Shown piece after piece: positions 41,384 to 50,601 of a DNA stretch of 59,914 nt; position 1 is the first letter of the stretch; each line of letters opens with the position of its first letter. Origin of the DNA: Candidatus Omnitrophota bacterium (GTDB lineage: Bacteria > Omnitrophota > Gorgyraeia > Gygaellales > Profunditerraquicolaceae); assembly GCA_043807505.1 (NCBI GenBank), contig JAZDFW010000038.1:1-59914 (forward strand). Reading direction: 5' to 3'. The notes beneath the pieces were generated by a model. The model was not told the DNA's origin and ran no database searches. It worked only from the letters and a program-made list of their open reading frames with translations. The position numbers and the translations under genes were made by a program.

Positions 41384-43274
41384 TATAAACCCCTATTTTT
41401 TTTAAGCTTCCCACTGCTTCTCTTAAGAGGCGGCAATAAAGGTCAAAACCTATTGCGGCAATAAAACCATGCTGCTGTTCGCCTAAAAGATTACCGGTAC
41501 CCCTCATTTCCAGATCTTCCATAGCAATCTTGAAACCCGCCCCTAATTGCGAATGTTCCTGTATTGCCAGAAGCCTTTTAGCGGCCCCTGTATCTAAACT
41601 TGAGCGTTTTGGAATCATAAAATAGGCATAGGCAGGTTTATCGATTCTGCCGACTCTGCCGCGCAACTGATGCAAATCAGATAGGCCAAATCTATGCGCG
41701 TTATTCACAATAATAGTATTAACATTAGGGATATCAATGCCCGATTGAATAATCATTGTGCACACCAATACCTGAATCTTGCCGCTTAGGAAATCAAACA
41801 TTACTTTTTCAAGTAATTTTGGCCTCATCTGGCCGTGGCCAACTGCTATAATTATCCCTAAAGGTAAAATCTTAGTGAGCCTATCCTTTACTTTCTCAAT
41901 ATCCTCTACTCGGTTGTGTAAGAAATAAACTTGCCCCCTGCGGCCTATTTCTCTAAGGACAGCCTGACGAATCAGGTCTTCATCATATTCTACCACAATG
42001 CTTCTTATAGGCAACCTATTTTGGGGAGGTGTATTGATTACCGATAAGTCCTTGGCGCCCATCAAGCTCATGTATAGCGTGCGCGGAATAGGAGTTGCAG
42101 TTAAAGTAAGCACATCACAAGAGAATCTCAATGATTTTAATTTCTCTTTTGATCTGACTCCAAACCTCTGTTCTTCATCTATAATTACAAGGCCCAAGTC
42201 TTTAAATTTTATATCATTTGATAATAACCTGTGAGTGCCGATAACGATATCAACTACTCCCTCTTGGAGCCCCTTAATAATCTCTTTCTGCTGATGCTTA
42301 GTTTGGAACCTTGAAAGCATCTGAATATTTACCGGAAATTCCCCCAATCGATATTTAAAATTCTGGTAATGTTGCTCGGCCAAAATTGTAGTAGGCACTA
42401 AAAACGCCGTCTGCTTATTGCTCATCGTGGCCTTAAAAGCTGAGCGCATAGCTACTTCAGTCTTACCATAGCCAACATCTCCGCAAAGCAGCCTGTCCAT
42501 GGGCCTAGATGATTCCATGTCAGATTTTACCTGGTTAGTTGCTTTTATCTGATCTGGCGTCTCTATATAAGGAAACGTTTCTTCAAATCGCTGCTGCCAA
42601 TCTGTATCTAGAGCAAAAGCAAAACCCCCAATTGTAAGCCTCATTGCCTGTAAAGATAGCAGATCCCATGCTAGCTTCTGAATTCCGCGCCTTGCTCTTT
42701 CTTTTGTCCTTACCCACTCTTTTGAACCTAATTTATAGAGCTTTGGCTTTCTGATTTGAAAAGCGATGTATTTTCCTACCAGGTTCATTTGCGTAGTCGG
42801 CACATAAAGCTTTTCCTGGCGGTCATATTCAATAACCAGATGATCTTGGTATTTATCTTTGATTTTAATCTTTTCTAAACCCAAAAACCTTCCAATGCCG
42901 TGCTGATTATGCACAACGTAATCACCCAATTCTAAATCAATAAAATTTTCCAGAGGGAATTCTTCTTTAAACGGCAGCGCCTTTAAGGTGTGGGGCTTTC
43001 TTACGGGCAGGATAATAACCATCCGGTGTTCCCAGGAAACCTCCCCTGTTGAGGGATTAAAAGTTTTCATAAAAACAATGCGTTCAATATCCAGTTCAAT
43101 TCGAATTGGCAGCTCAAAAGAAAATGGAAAGATATCGAGAATGTTACCGCGGCGGGCAAAATCACCTTCTTGGCCTACAAGGACTTGTCTTTTGTAACCA
43201 AAATCAATTAAGGTGTTTGAAATTCGCTCTAAATCAAACGTGCCGTCTTTATAGAGTTTAAGGGATTTAAACAC
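41367..43274 (-). CDS. mfd: transcription-repair coupling factor, compact form (635 aa)
   Basis: CarD/RID motif GDYVVHNQHGIGRF, Walker A GDVGYGKTEVA, and DEEQRFG helicase motif II. A short UvrB-like N-terminal segment GDFARRGNILDIFP is present. Confidence 0.85.
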   Translation of the reverse strand: MFKSLKLYKDGTFDLERISNTLIDFGYKRQVLVGQEGDFARRGNILDIFPFSFELPIRIELDIERIVFMKTFNPSTGEVSWEHRMVIILPVRKPHTLKALPFKEEFPLENFIDLELGDYVVHNQHGIGRFLGLEKIKIKDKYQDHLVIEYDRQEKLYVPTTQMNLVGKYIAFQIRKPKLYKLGSKEWVRTKERARRGIQKLAWDLLSLQAMRLTIGGFAFALDTDWQQRFEETFPYIETPDQIKATNQVKSDMESSRPMDRLLCGDVGYGKTEVAMRSAFKATMSNKQTAFLVPTTILAEQHYQNFKYRLGEFPVNIQMLSRFQTKHQQKEIIKGLQEGVVDIVIGTHRLLSNDIKFKDLGLVIIDEEQRFGVRSKEKLKSLRFSCDVLTLTATPIPRTLYMSLMGAKDLSVINTPPQNRLPIRSIVVEYDEDLIRQAVLREIGRRGQVYFLHNRVEDIEKVKDRLTKILPLGIIIAVGHGQMRPKLLEKVMFDFLSGKIQVLVCTMIIQSGIDIPNVNTIIVNNAHRFGLSDLHQLRGRVGRIDKPAYAYFMIPKRSSLDTGAAKRLLAIQEHSQLGAGFKIAMEDLEMRGTGNLLGEQQHGFIAAIGFDLYCRLLREAVGSLKKIGVYNDRQA

Positions 43275-43285
43275 GAAAGTTAATA

Positions 43286-45481
43286 TTACTTTTTCCGGGT
43301 CCAGGCAAGTACTAAAGGCGAGGCAATATAAACAGTAGAATAAATTCCAGAAATAAAACCAACAAAAAGCGCAAAAGCAAAATTGCTTAGGACTTCACCG
43401 CCGTAAAACAAGATTGCAATAACCACGAAAAGCGTAACCCCGGAAGTAAGAATTGTCCTTGCTAAGGTTTGATTTACGCTCATGTTTATCAATTCATAAA
43501 GGCTGGTTTTTCTTGATAAACGCATGTTTTCGCGGACTCTATCATAAATAACAATTGTATCGTTAATAGAATAACCGGCAATGGTTAAGAATGCGGTTAC
43601 GCTTAAAAGATCAATCGGCCTTCCGGTAATCACCAATGCTCCGAGGGTTACCAAAACATCGTGCAATAAAGCAACAACCCCGGCTATGGCAAAATTAAAA
43701 TGTTTAAATCTGAAAGCCACATAAATCAAAATACCAATCAAAGACCAGATAAGGGCGCTTACGGCTTTACCTTTTAACTGCGCTCCTGCAACCGGGCCCA
43801 CCCTTTCTATCCTTAAAACTTGAATATCCTGATCAGGGAATTTTTCTTTTAATTTATCTGTAATAACATCGTCTTTATTGCTTGCGGTTTTAATTAAAAC
43901 CGCGCGCGGATTATCTTTGAATTGCTGTATTGAAGCATCCTGTAAGCCTGCGTCTCTGAGGACTCCCCTCACCTGATCAATTGGTACAACTGTTTTAAAA
44001 CTATACTCCTGTAGTTGCCCTCCGGAAAAATCAATTCCGTAAGCATTGCTTCCTTTTTTAAAGAAAACTGCCATCCCCGCGATAATTATAATCAAAGAAA
44101 GTGTGTAGCAAATTCTTCTTTTACCGATAAAATCAATTTTTGTTTCTCCGATGAATTTCAACATCGGAAGCGACTTAATCAGGCCAAAGGCAAGCAGTAT
44201 TTCAAAGATGGTGCGCGTTACTACGATTGCCGTAAACATACTGGCAATAAGGCCGATGGTTAAAGTTACGGCAAAGCCCCTTATCGGCCCGGTGCCAAAC
44301 TGAAATAACATAAATGCCGCGATTAAAGTAGTAAAGTTAGAATCAAAAATTGCGGTGAAAGCTCTGGTGTAACCATTAGCAATAGCTGTGCGTAATGGCC
44401 TGCCGGCGGTTAACTCTTCCCTGATTCTTTCATTTATAAGAACGTTGGCATCTACTGCCATACCTAGAGATAAAATAATTCCTGCGATACCCGGAAGGGT
44501 TAAAGTAGCTGATACGCCGGGGAATAGAAGCGGCAATAATCCCAAACCGCCTAAGATTATTATTAAGTTAAGCAACAACGCGATATTAGCGACAATCCCG
44601 GCAAGTAAATAATAAATAAGCATAAAAAGAAGTACACAAACCCCGCCAATAATTGAAGCCTTGATGCCCTTATTAATTGAATCTTGGCCTAATAACGGCC
44701 CGACAGTTCTTTCTTCTTCTATATACATAGGTGCCGGAAGCGCGCCGACTCTTAAAACAAGAGCTAAGTCTTGTGACTGTTCCGGGGTAAAGCGGCCGGT
44801 AATTACTGCCTGGCCCGAAGGAATAGCTTCTTTAATCCTTGGCGCAGACTGGACTTTCCCATCTAATACAATCGCTAGTCTTGCTCCCACATTGGCGGCA
44901 GTAATTTCAGCAAATTTCTTGGCACCTTCTGTATTAAATTCCAAAGAAACAACCGGCTCGTTAAATGAGTTTTCATCAAACCGGACAGATGCATCAGACA
45001 GTGAATCTCCGGTTAAAGCTGCCTTTTTTTCTACAAGCAGCGGTTCACTGTCATCTATAGCGGTCTTTAATTCAAATCCTTCGGGAACAGCTCCGGAAAT
45101 TGCCTGTTTTAACTTTTCTGCATCAGCAGAAACAAGTTTAAATTCAAGCAATGCGGTTTTACCGATTAAATCAATGGCGCGATCCCGATCAGTTACTCCG
45201 GGCAGCTGTACCACAATTTCATCAAGGCCCTGCTTTTGTATGGAAGGCTCTCTTACGCCAAATGCGTCGATCCTATTTCTGATAACCTCAAGCGCCCGGT
45301 CACAGGCATCCTCTTTTGCCTTTTCCGAAAGATGGCTTGTGTCCACTTTAAGCAAAAGATGCATCCCGCCTTTTAAATCGAGCCCAAGATTAATCCTTTT
45401 ATTCAAAGGAAAGGTAAAATAAGCACAAGTACCAATGATTACCAGAATAAAAATTAATTTATAAAGAGTATTTCTTGCCAT
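43286..45481 (-). CDS. secDF: fused protein translocase subunit SecDF (731 aa)
   Basis: Periplasmic SecD head followed by two 6-TM SecD/SecF blocks in a single ORF. Confidence 0.9.
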   Translation of the reverse strand: MARNTLYKLIFILVIIGTCAYFTFPLNKRINLGLDLKGGMHLLLKVDTSHLSEKAKEDACDRALEVIRNRIDAFGVREPSIQKQGLDEIVVQLPGVTDRDRAIDLIGKTALLEFKLVSADAEKLKQAISGAVPEGFELKTAIDDSEPLLVEKKAALTGDSLSDASVRFDENSFNEPVVSLEFNTEGAKKFAEITAANVGARLAIVLDGKVQSAPRIKEAIPSGQAVITGRFTPEQSQDLALVLRVGALPAPMYIEEERTVGPLLGQDSINKGIKASIIGGVCVLLFMLIYYLLAGIVANIALLLNLIIILGGLGLLPLLFPGVSATLTLPGIAGIILSLGMAVDANVLINERIREELTAGRPLRTAIANGYTRAFTAIFDSNFTTLIAAFMLFQFGTGPIRGFAVTLTIGLIASMFTAIVVTRTIFEILLAFGLIKSLPMLKFIGETKIDFIGKRRICYTLSLIIIIAGMAVFFKKGSNAYGIDFSGGQLQEYSFKTVVPIDQVRGVLRDAGLQDASIQQFKDNPRAVLIKTASNKDDVITDKLKEKFPDQDIQVLRIERVGPVAGAQLKGKAVSALIWSLIGILIYVAFRFKHFNFAIAGVVALLHDVLVTLGALVITGRPIDLLSVTAFLTIAGYSINDTIVIYDRVRENMRLSRKTSLYELINMSVNQTLARTILTSGVTLFVVIAILFYGGEVLSNFAFALFVGFISGIYSTVYIASPLVLAWTRKK

Positions 45482-45496
45482 AACTTTTAAACTCCC

Positions 45497-45790
45497 CTAA
45501 CTTACTGCGCCTTGAATCTTCTTTATATAAGCAATACAATTTTTATCAATTTCTAATTTAACATTTTCATCTATCCTCAATACCACGGTTTTATCTTTGA
45601 CATTCACTATTGTGCCGTGGATACCTCCGGAAGTTACTACTTCGTCATTTTTGTTAAGGTTACTAAGCATCTTCTGATGCTCTTTTTCCTTTGATTTCTG
45701 CGGCCTAATCAACATAAAGTAAAAAATAACAAAAATTAGTATTAACGGCACTAAGTTTAGTATCGGATTAACTGCTTGTGCTTGCGGCAT
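45497..45790 (-). CDS. yajC: preprotein translocase subunit YajC
   Basis: 97 aa, single TM, then LIRPQKSKEKEHQKML...GDEVVTSGGIHG-type motif. Confidence 0.85.
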   Translation of the reverse strand: MPQAQAVNPILNLVPLILIFVIFYFMLIRPQKSKEKEHQKMLSNLNKNDEVVTSGGIHGTIVNVKDKTVVLRIDENVKLEIDKNCIAYIKKIQGAVS

Positions 45791-46036
45791 TTATTGCTCC
45801 TTTCGAACCTTTTTTGCTAAACTTTTAACTGTTGCAGAAAGCTGTGCTCCATTTTTTACCCAATGATCCAGGCGTTCTATTTTTATTTTTGTTTCTCCGG
45901 ATACAGGATTATAAAATCCCAATTCTTCAATAAACCTGCCGTCTCTACCGGTGCGTTGATCAAAAACCGTAATGCGAAAATGCGGACGATTTTTTGGATT
46001 TTTACCTATCCTTCTTAAACGAATATGTACTGCCAT
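45791..46036 (-). CDS. rpsP: 30S ribosomal protein S16
   Basis: [28 protein letters not shown] bS16 N-terminus. Confidence 0.93.
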   Translation of the reverse strand: MAVHIRLRRIGKNPKNRPHFRITVFDQRTGRDGRFIEELGFYNPVSGETKIKIERLDHWVKNGAQLSATVKSLAKKVRKEQ

Positions 46037-46081
46037 TTTTTTTAAAACCTCCCTTTTAACCTGCTTTTGCTTGAGTCAAAT

Positions 46082-46109
46082 AGTATACCACTATATTTTA
46101 TAATTTCAA
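46082..46109 (-). promoter_or_regulatory. candidate sigma70-type promoter for rpsP-yajC-secDF
   Basis: Minus strand TTGAAA-16 nt-TATACT, about 45 nt upstream of the rpsP ATG and directly after the trpE stop. Confidence 0.4.
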
Positions 46110-47609
46110 TTAATAATTGCTTCCATTAATTGCTTCCATTAATGCCCGTGCCTTATTCACTGATTCAAGATATTCTTTTTCCGGAATAGAATCAGCAACC
46201 ACCCCTACCCCTGCCTGCACATAACCAAAATGATTTTTTACAACAATGGTCCTGATGATAATACAAGTATCCATGTTATGCGAAAAACTAAAATAACCTA
46301 CGCATCCGGCATAAGCTCCGCGCCGGGTATTTTCTAATTCATCGATGATTTCCATCGCCCGGATTTTCGGGCTGCCGGATACCGTGCCTGCAGGAAAACA
46401 TGCCCTTAAACAATCATATATATCAAATTTTCTATTTAAAATGCCTGAGACATTTGAAACAATATGCATTACGTGAGAATAACGTTCAATTGACATAAAT
46501 TCATCAACTTCTACCTTACCGTTTTTACAAACCCTGCCCAAATCATTCCTACCTAAATCAACGAGCATAATATGCTCTGCCTTTTCTTTAGCGTCACCCA
46601 AAAGCTCTTGCTCTAACCGCCTGTCCTCATCTTCAGTCTTGCCTCGGGGCCGCGTGCCGGCAATCGGGCGAGTTTGCACAATACCATCAACACAACGCAC
46701 TAAGAGCTCCGGCGAAGAACCAACGAGTGCAAAATCCTTAAGGTTTAGAAAGAACATATAAGGCGAGGGATTAATACTACGTAAATTCCTGTATATTTCA
46801 AATGGCGCTTTATTAATCCTAACTTTAAATCTCTGAGAAGGAACTACCTGGATAACATCACCTTTTCTGATATAGGCCTTAGCATCTCTAACCATTTTCT
46901 GAAATCCGGATTTACTATAGTTGGAGGTTACTAAAGGCGGACGTTTGGTTAATGCAGGCTTTATTTCCTTGTTAACACATGATTCCGTAAGTTCCTTATG
47001 AATTGCTTCAATTTTTGCGATTGCTTTGGAATAAATCTTTGACAATTCCCTGCTTGAAAATGCTTCTTTTTTTTGAGCTAATATGGTATTGGTGACAATT
47101 TTAATGGTGTGGTTAACATGGTCGAATACCAAAATATTATCGGTAAGCATAAAGACTGAATCAGGAAGTTTAAGTTCGTCGGGATTCTTATCGGGAATTT
47201 TTTCAAAAAACCTTACCATATCATAACCCATAAAGCCAACTAAACCTCCGCAAAAACGCGGTAATCCTTTTATCATTACAAATTTAAAATTCTGCATTAT
47301 TTTCTTAATTTCGTCCAAAGGATCGGTTTTTGTAATAAATTTACGGGCTGCCTTTTGGCCCGTATAAATGATTTCAATATCTTTTAGTTTACTTTTAAAA
47401 ACAATAGCCGGATTACTTCCTAAAAAAGAATAGCGGGCAATTTTCTCCTGGCCTTCGACAGATTCAAACAGAAACGAATAATCGCCTTTTTTGATTTTTA
47501 AAAAGGCCGATACCGGCGTATCCAAATCAGCATTAATTTCTTTATACACAGGTATAACATTGCCTTTTTTGCTTAATTTTAAGAATTCTTTTAATGAAGG
47601 GCAATACAT
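46110..47609 (-). CDS. trpE: anthranilate synthase component I (chorismate-utilising enzyme)
   Basis: FLFESVEGQEKIARYSF N-terminal regulatory motif, SPELLVR, and GAYAGCVGYF. Confidence 0.75.
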   Translation of the reverse strand: MYCPSLKEFLKLSKKGNVIPVYKEINADLDTPVSAFLKIKKGDYSFLFESVEGQEKIARYSFLGSNPAIVFKSKLKDIEIIYTGQKAARKFITKTDPLDEIKKIMQNFKFVMIKGLPRFCGGLVGFMGYDMVRFFEKIPDKNPDELKLPDSVFMLTDNILVFDHVNHTIKIVTNTILAQKKEAFSSRELSKIYSKAIAKIEAIHKELTESCVNKEIKPALTKRPPLVTSNYSKSGFQKMVRDAKAYIRKGDVIQVVPSQRFKVRINKAPFEIYRNLRSINPSPYMFFLNLKDFALVGSSPELLVRCVDGIVQTRPIAGTRPRGKTEDEDRRLEQELLGDAKEKAEHIMLVDLGRNDLGRVCKNGKVEVDEFMSIERYSHVMHIVSNVSGILNRKFDIYDCLRACFPAGTVSGSPKIRAMEIIDELENTRRGAYAGCVGYFSFSHNMDTCIIIRTIVVKNHFGYVQAGVGVVADSIPEKEYLESVNKARALMEAINGSNY

Positions 47610-47610
47610 T

Positions 47611-47937
47611 CTATTTTATCTTTCTGTAGAAACACGACCTATTGCCGGTGTGACAGGCAACCCCAAGCTGACGCACCTTAATTAAAAGCGCATCCATGTC
47701 GCAATCGTAATTAATATTTTTGACAAATTGAAAGTGGCCTGAAGTCTCTCCCTTAACCCAATATTCTTTTCTCGAGCGTGACCAAAAACAAGCCTTGCCT
47801 AATTTGAGCGTGCGTTTCAATGATTCCTGATTCAAGTAAGCAAGCATCAAAACCTCACCTGTCTTATAATCCTGAATTATCGCGGGAATCAATCCTTTTG
47901 AGTCATACTTTAAATTTTTTAGATTTAATTTAGTCAT
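47611..47937 (-). CDS. hisI: phosphoribosyl-AMP cyclohydrolase (monofunctional HisI)
   Basis: 108 aa, GLIPAIIQD...CFWSRSR...CDMDALL...CHTGNRSCF. Confidence 0.9.
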   Translation of the reverse strand: MTKLNLKNLKYDSKGLIPAIIQDYKTGEVLMLAYLNQESLKRTLKLGKACFWSRSRKEYWVKGETSGHFQFVKNINYDCDMDALLIKVRQLGVACHTGNRSCFYRKIK

Positions 47938-48689
47938 AATCTTATTGCTACTCCCTTATTTGCCAGATATTCTTTTACTTGTTTAACCGAATATTCCTGA
48001 TAATGAAATATTGAGGCTGCTATGGCAGCATCAGCGCCTGATTTTGTAAATACATCGTAAAAATGCTCTAACTTCCCCGCGCCGCCTGATGCGATTACCG
48101 GGATATTTACTGAATCAGTCACTGCTTTAGTAAGCGCTAAATCATAACCATCTTTTGTGCCGTCATAATCCATACTCGTTAAGAGTATCTCTCCTGCCCC
48201 TAAATCAGCAGCATGTTTTGCCCATTCTATTGCATCAACACCTGTGGCAGTCCTGCCTCCATTAATAAAAACCTCCCAATTGTCTTGTTCTTTTTTGGCA
48301 TCAATTGCCACTACAATACATTGGCTGCCGAATTTTTTTGCAGCATCACTGATTAATTCAGGAAACTTTACCGCAGCAGTATTTATTGATACCTTATCAG
48401 CGCCTGCATTCAACAGATCTCTTATATCATTAATATCCCTGATGCCGCCGCCAACTGTAAAAGGCATATATATATTAACTGCAATTGCTTCAACTAAATC
48501 AATTAAAGTTTTTCGCTTTTGGAAACTGGCAGTAATATCCAAAAATACCAGCTCATCAGCCTGCCCGGCATCGTAGATCTTAGCCGCTTCTACCGGATCG
48601 CCAGCATCTTTTAAGCCAAGAAATTTAATGCCTTTTACGACACGGCCTTCTTTAATGTCTAAGCAAGGAATGATACGCTTGGTCAACAT
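47934..48689 (-). CDS. hisF: imidazole glycerol phosphate synthase cyclase subunit
   Basis: [20 protein letters not shown] HisF N-terminus. Confidence 0.93.
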   Translation of the reverse strand: MLTKRIIPCLDIKEGRVVKGIKFLGLKDAGDPVEAAKIYDAGQADELVFLDITASFQKRKTLIDLVEAIAVNIYMPFTVGGGIRDINDIRDLLNAGADKVSINTAAVKFPELISDAAKKFGSQCIVVAIDAKKEQDNWEVFINGGRTATGVDAIEWAKHAADLGAGEILLTSMDYDGTKDGYDLALTKAVTDSVNIPVIASGGAGKLEHFYDVFTKSGADAAIAASIFHYQEYSVKQVKEYLANKGVAIRL

Positions 48690-48706
48690 TTTTTTAGTCG
48701 CAAGTA

Positions 48707-49153
48707 TTATTTTGCTTTCTTATATAAATATTCCTTTAATAAATCCCAAGTCTTTTTACCGACTTTTCCGTCAACCGTTAAATTATTGGCTTGCTGAAAT
48801 GCTTTAATCGCATCCTTGGTTTGCTTACCCATTTTCCCGTCAACAAGGCCAAGCGTGTAACCGGCGTTTTTTAAAGCAATCTGTATCTTCTTGACAGTTG
48901 GACGGCTTTTAACTTCCGGGATGATTTTCTTCGCGGTAACTTCTCCTTCTATCTCCATTCTATTTTGTTTCAATGCTTCTTTTAGGTTATTTATCAGCTC
49001 ATCCCTTGATTGCACCTGTGCTTCTAAAGCAGCAACCTGATTTTGTAATCCTTGTATTTCCTCGCTTCTTTGTTTACCGCGGCTCGTCGCGCATCCGCTT
49101 AATGATGCAATAAAAATAAATAAAACTGCTAACACAACTCCTTTTTTGCTCAT
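48707..49153 (-). CDS. lipoprotein with coiled-coil segment and C-terminal peptidoglycan-binding (PG_binding_1-like) domain
   Basis: Signal peptide with lipobox [51 protein letters not shown] matches the PGB repeat pattern. RBS AAGGAGGGG. Confidence 0.75.
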   Translation of the reverse strand: MSKKGVVLAVLFIFIASLSGCATSRGKQRSEEIQGLQNQVAALEAQVQSRDELINNLKEALKQNRMEIEGEVTAKKIIPEVKSRPTVKKIQIALKNAGYTLGLVDGKMGKQTKDAIKAFQQANNLTVDGKVGKKTWDLLKEYLYKKAK

Positions 49154-49170
49154 TCTCCCCTCCTTACGGT

Positions 49171-49186
49171 TTATCCTATAGGATTA
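49171..49186. repeat. 16-bp perfect palindrome TTATCCTATAGGATTA (TAA-TCC-TATA-GGA-TAA on the minus strand), minimal right-type element ends
   Basis: Sits immediately after unit H, in the same relative position as unit A2 after A1. Retains only the TAATCC...GGATAA termini. Confidence 0.5.
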
Positions 49187-49273
49187 CCCCGGCATGCACG
49201 AAAAATCTCACCGAGATTTTTCGGCCGGCCCTACGGGCAAAAAATGCTTGCTTCGCAGGCATTTTTTGGGTTA
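49184..49273 (-). repeat. TAA-bounded nested-hairpin element, left-type module (unit H)
   Basis: Minus strand: TAA(=hisA stop)-CCCAAAAAATGCctgcgaagcaaGCATTTTTTG-CCCgtaGGG-ccggc-CGAAAAATCTCggtGAGATTTTTCG-tgcatgccgggg-TAA. Collinear with unit A1. Confidence 0.7.
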
Positions 49274-49993
49274 TGAAATTTTTAAAGCCTGTGGCAAAGT
49301 AAACCTGCCTTCATACAAAGCCTTCCCCACAATTATACCTATTAATCCCGCTTTTTCCAATGATTTAAGCCTGCGTAAATCATCCAAAGAAGAAATACCG
49401 CCTGAACCAATAACCTCCAATCCTGTTTCTTTTAAAAAACTTTTAATTGCTTTAATATTCGGCCCTTTTAAGGTCCCGTCTTTAGCAATGTCCGTAAAGA
49501 TTACCTGCTTAAATCCTATTTTCTTTAAAGCGCAGCCAAACTTCAAAGCATCGACACCTTTTAATTTAGTATCCCAGCCCTTAATTGAGACTATTCCGTC
49601 TTTAGCATCAATACTAACAATAATCCTGTCTTTAAATTGCTTAAAACATTTTTTTAAGAAACTCTCGTCTTGCGCTGCCCTTGTTCCCAAAACAACGCGG
49701 CTAACTCCGCAATTAAGCAATTCTTTTATTGTTTCAACTTTTCTTACTCCTCCCCCAAATTGCACTTGCGCATCAATATTTTTTACAATCTCTTTTACAA
49801 TGTTTAAATTTAGCGGATTTCCGGTTAAAGCGCCATCCAAATCAACTACATGAATAAACTTAGCGCCCTGGCTTACCCAATGCTTGGAGGCCTTTAACGG
49901 ATCCTTTGAGTAAATTTTTTTTTGATTAAATTTTCCCTGCACCAATCTTACAACGCAGCCATCCTTAATATCAACTGCCGGAATAATTAACAT
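49271..49993 (-). CDS. hisA: ProFAR isomerase HisA
   Basis: MLIIPAVDIKDGCVVRLVQGKF HisA N-terminus. Confidence 0.93.
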   Translation of the reverse strand: MLIIPAVDIKDGCVVRLVQGKFNQKKIYSKDPLKASKHWVSQGAKFIHVVDLDGALTGNPLNLNIVKEIVKNIDAQVQFGGGVRKVETIKELLNCGVSRVVLGTRAAQDESFLKKCFKQFKDRIIVSIDAKDGIVSIKGWDTKLKGVDALKFGCALKKIGFKQVIFTDIAKDGTLKGPNIKAIKSFLKETGLEVIGSGGISSLDDLRRLKSLEKAGLIGIIVGKALYEGRFTLPQALKIS

Positions 49994-50601
49994 TATATCT
50001 CCACAAAATTTCTTAGCATCCTCAAGCCTGCATCTTGGCTTTTTTCAGGATGGAACTGCACGCCAAATACATTATCTTTCCAAACAACTGCCGGAAAATC
50101 TATTCCGTAATTACATGTTGCCGCAATAACTTTTTTCTCAGAAGGCTGCGGATAATACGAATGGCAAAAATAAACATAAGACTTATCCGGGATATCTTTC
50201 AATAAAGGGCAATTTCTTGAGGTAATATTTAATTGATTCCAGCCTATCTGCGGCACTTTAATTCCTTTTTTTGCGCTAAATTTCTTTACTTCGCCTTTTA
50301 ATATACAGAGGCCGGAAATATTTTTTGCTTCCTGGCTTTTTTCAAACAAAAGCTGCATACCTAAACAAATGCCTAAAAATATTTTTTTGTTCTTTATGGC
50401 ATCGTGAATTGCCGAAACTAAATTACGCCTTTCTAATTCAACCATTGCATCATTAAAAGCGCCTACCCCGGGCAAAACAAATTTTTGAGCTAATTTAAAA
50501 TCATCCGGGTTATTAGTGACAAGGGCCGCGGCGCCCATGCTCTCGAGTGCCTTGGCTACACTGTGGATATTGCCCATACCGTAATCAATAATGGCAATCA
50601 T
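49993..50601 (-). CDS. hisH: imidazole glycerol phosphate synthase glutaminase subunit
   Basis: Class I amidotransferase GICLGMQLL and the HPEKS triad region. Confidence 0.93.
   Translation of the reverse strand: MIAIIDYGMGNIHSVAKALESMGAAALVTNNPDDFKLAQKFVLPGVGAFNDAMVELERRNLVSAIHDAIKNKKIFLGICLGMQLLFEKSQEAKNISGLCILKGEVKKFSAKKGIKVPQIGWNQLNITSRNCPLLKDIPDKSYVYFCHSYYPQPSEKKVIAATCNYGIDFPAVVWKDNVFGVQFHPEKSQDAGLRMLRNFVEI

Noticed and set aside
44661-45422. 253-aa + strand ORF
   Set aside because: Antisense shadow of the secDF periplasmic domain. Ser/Ala-rich with no motifs. The minus-strand gene is unambiguous.
49194-49853. 219-aa + strand ORF
   Set aside because: Shadow ORF antisense to hisA, starting inside repeat unit H. 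Low-complexity composition with no recognisable motifs.
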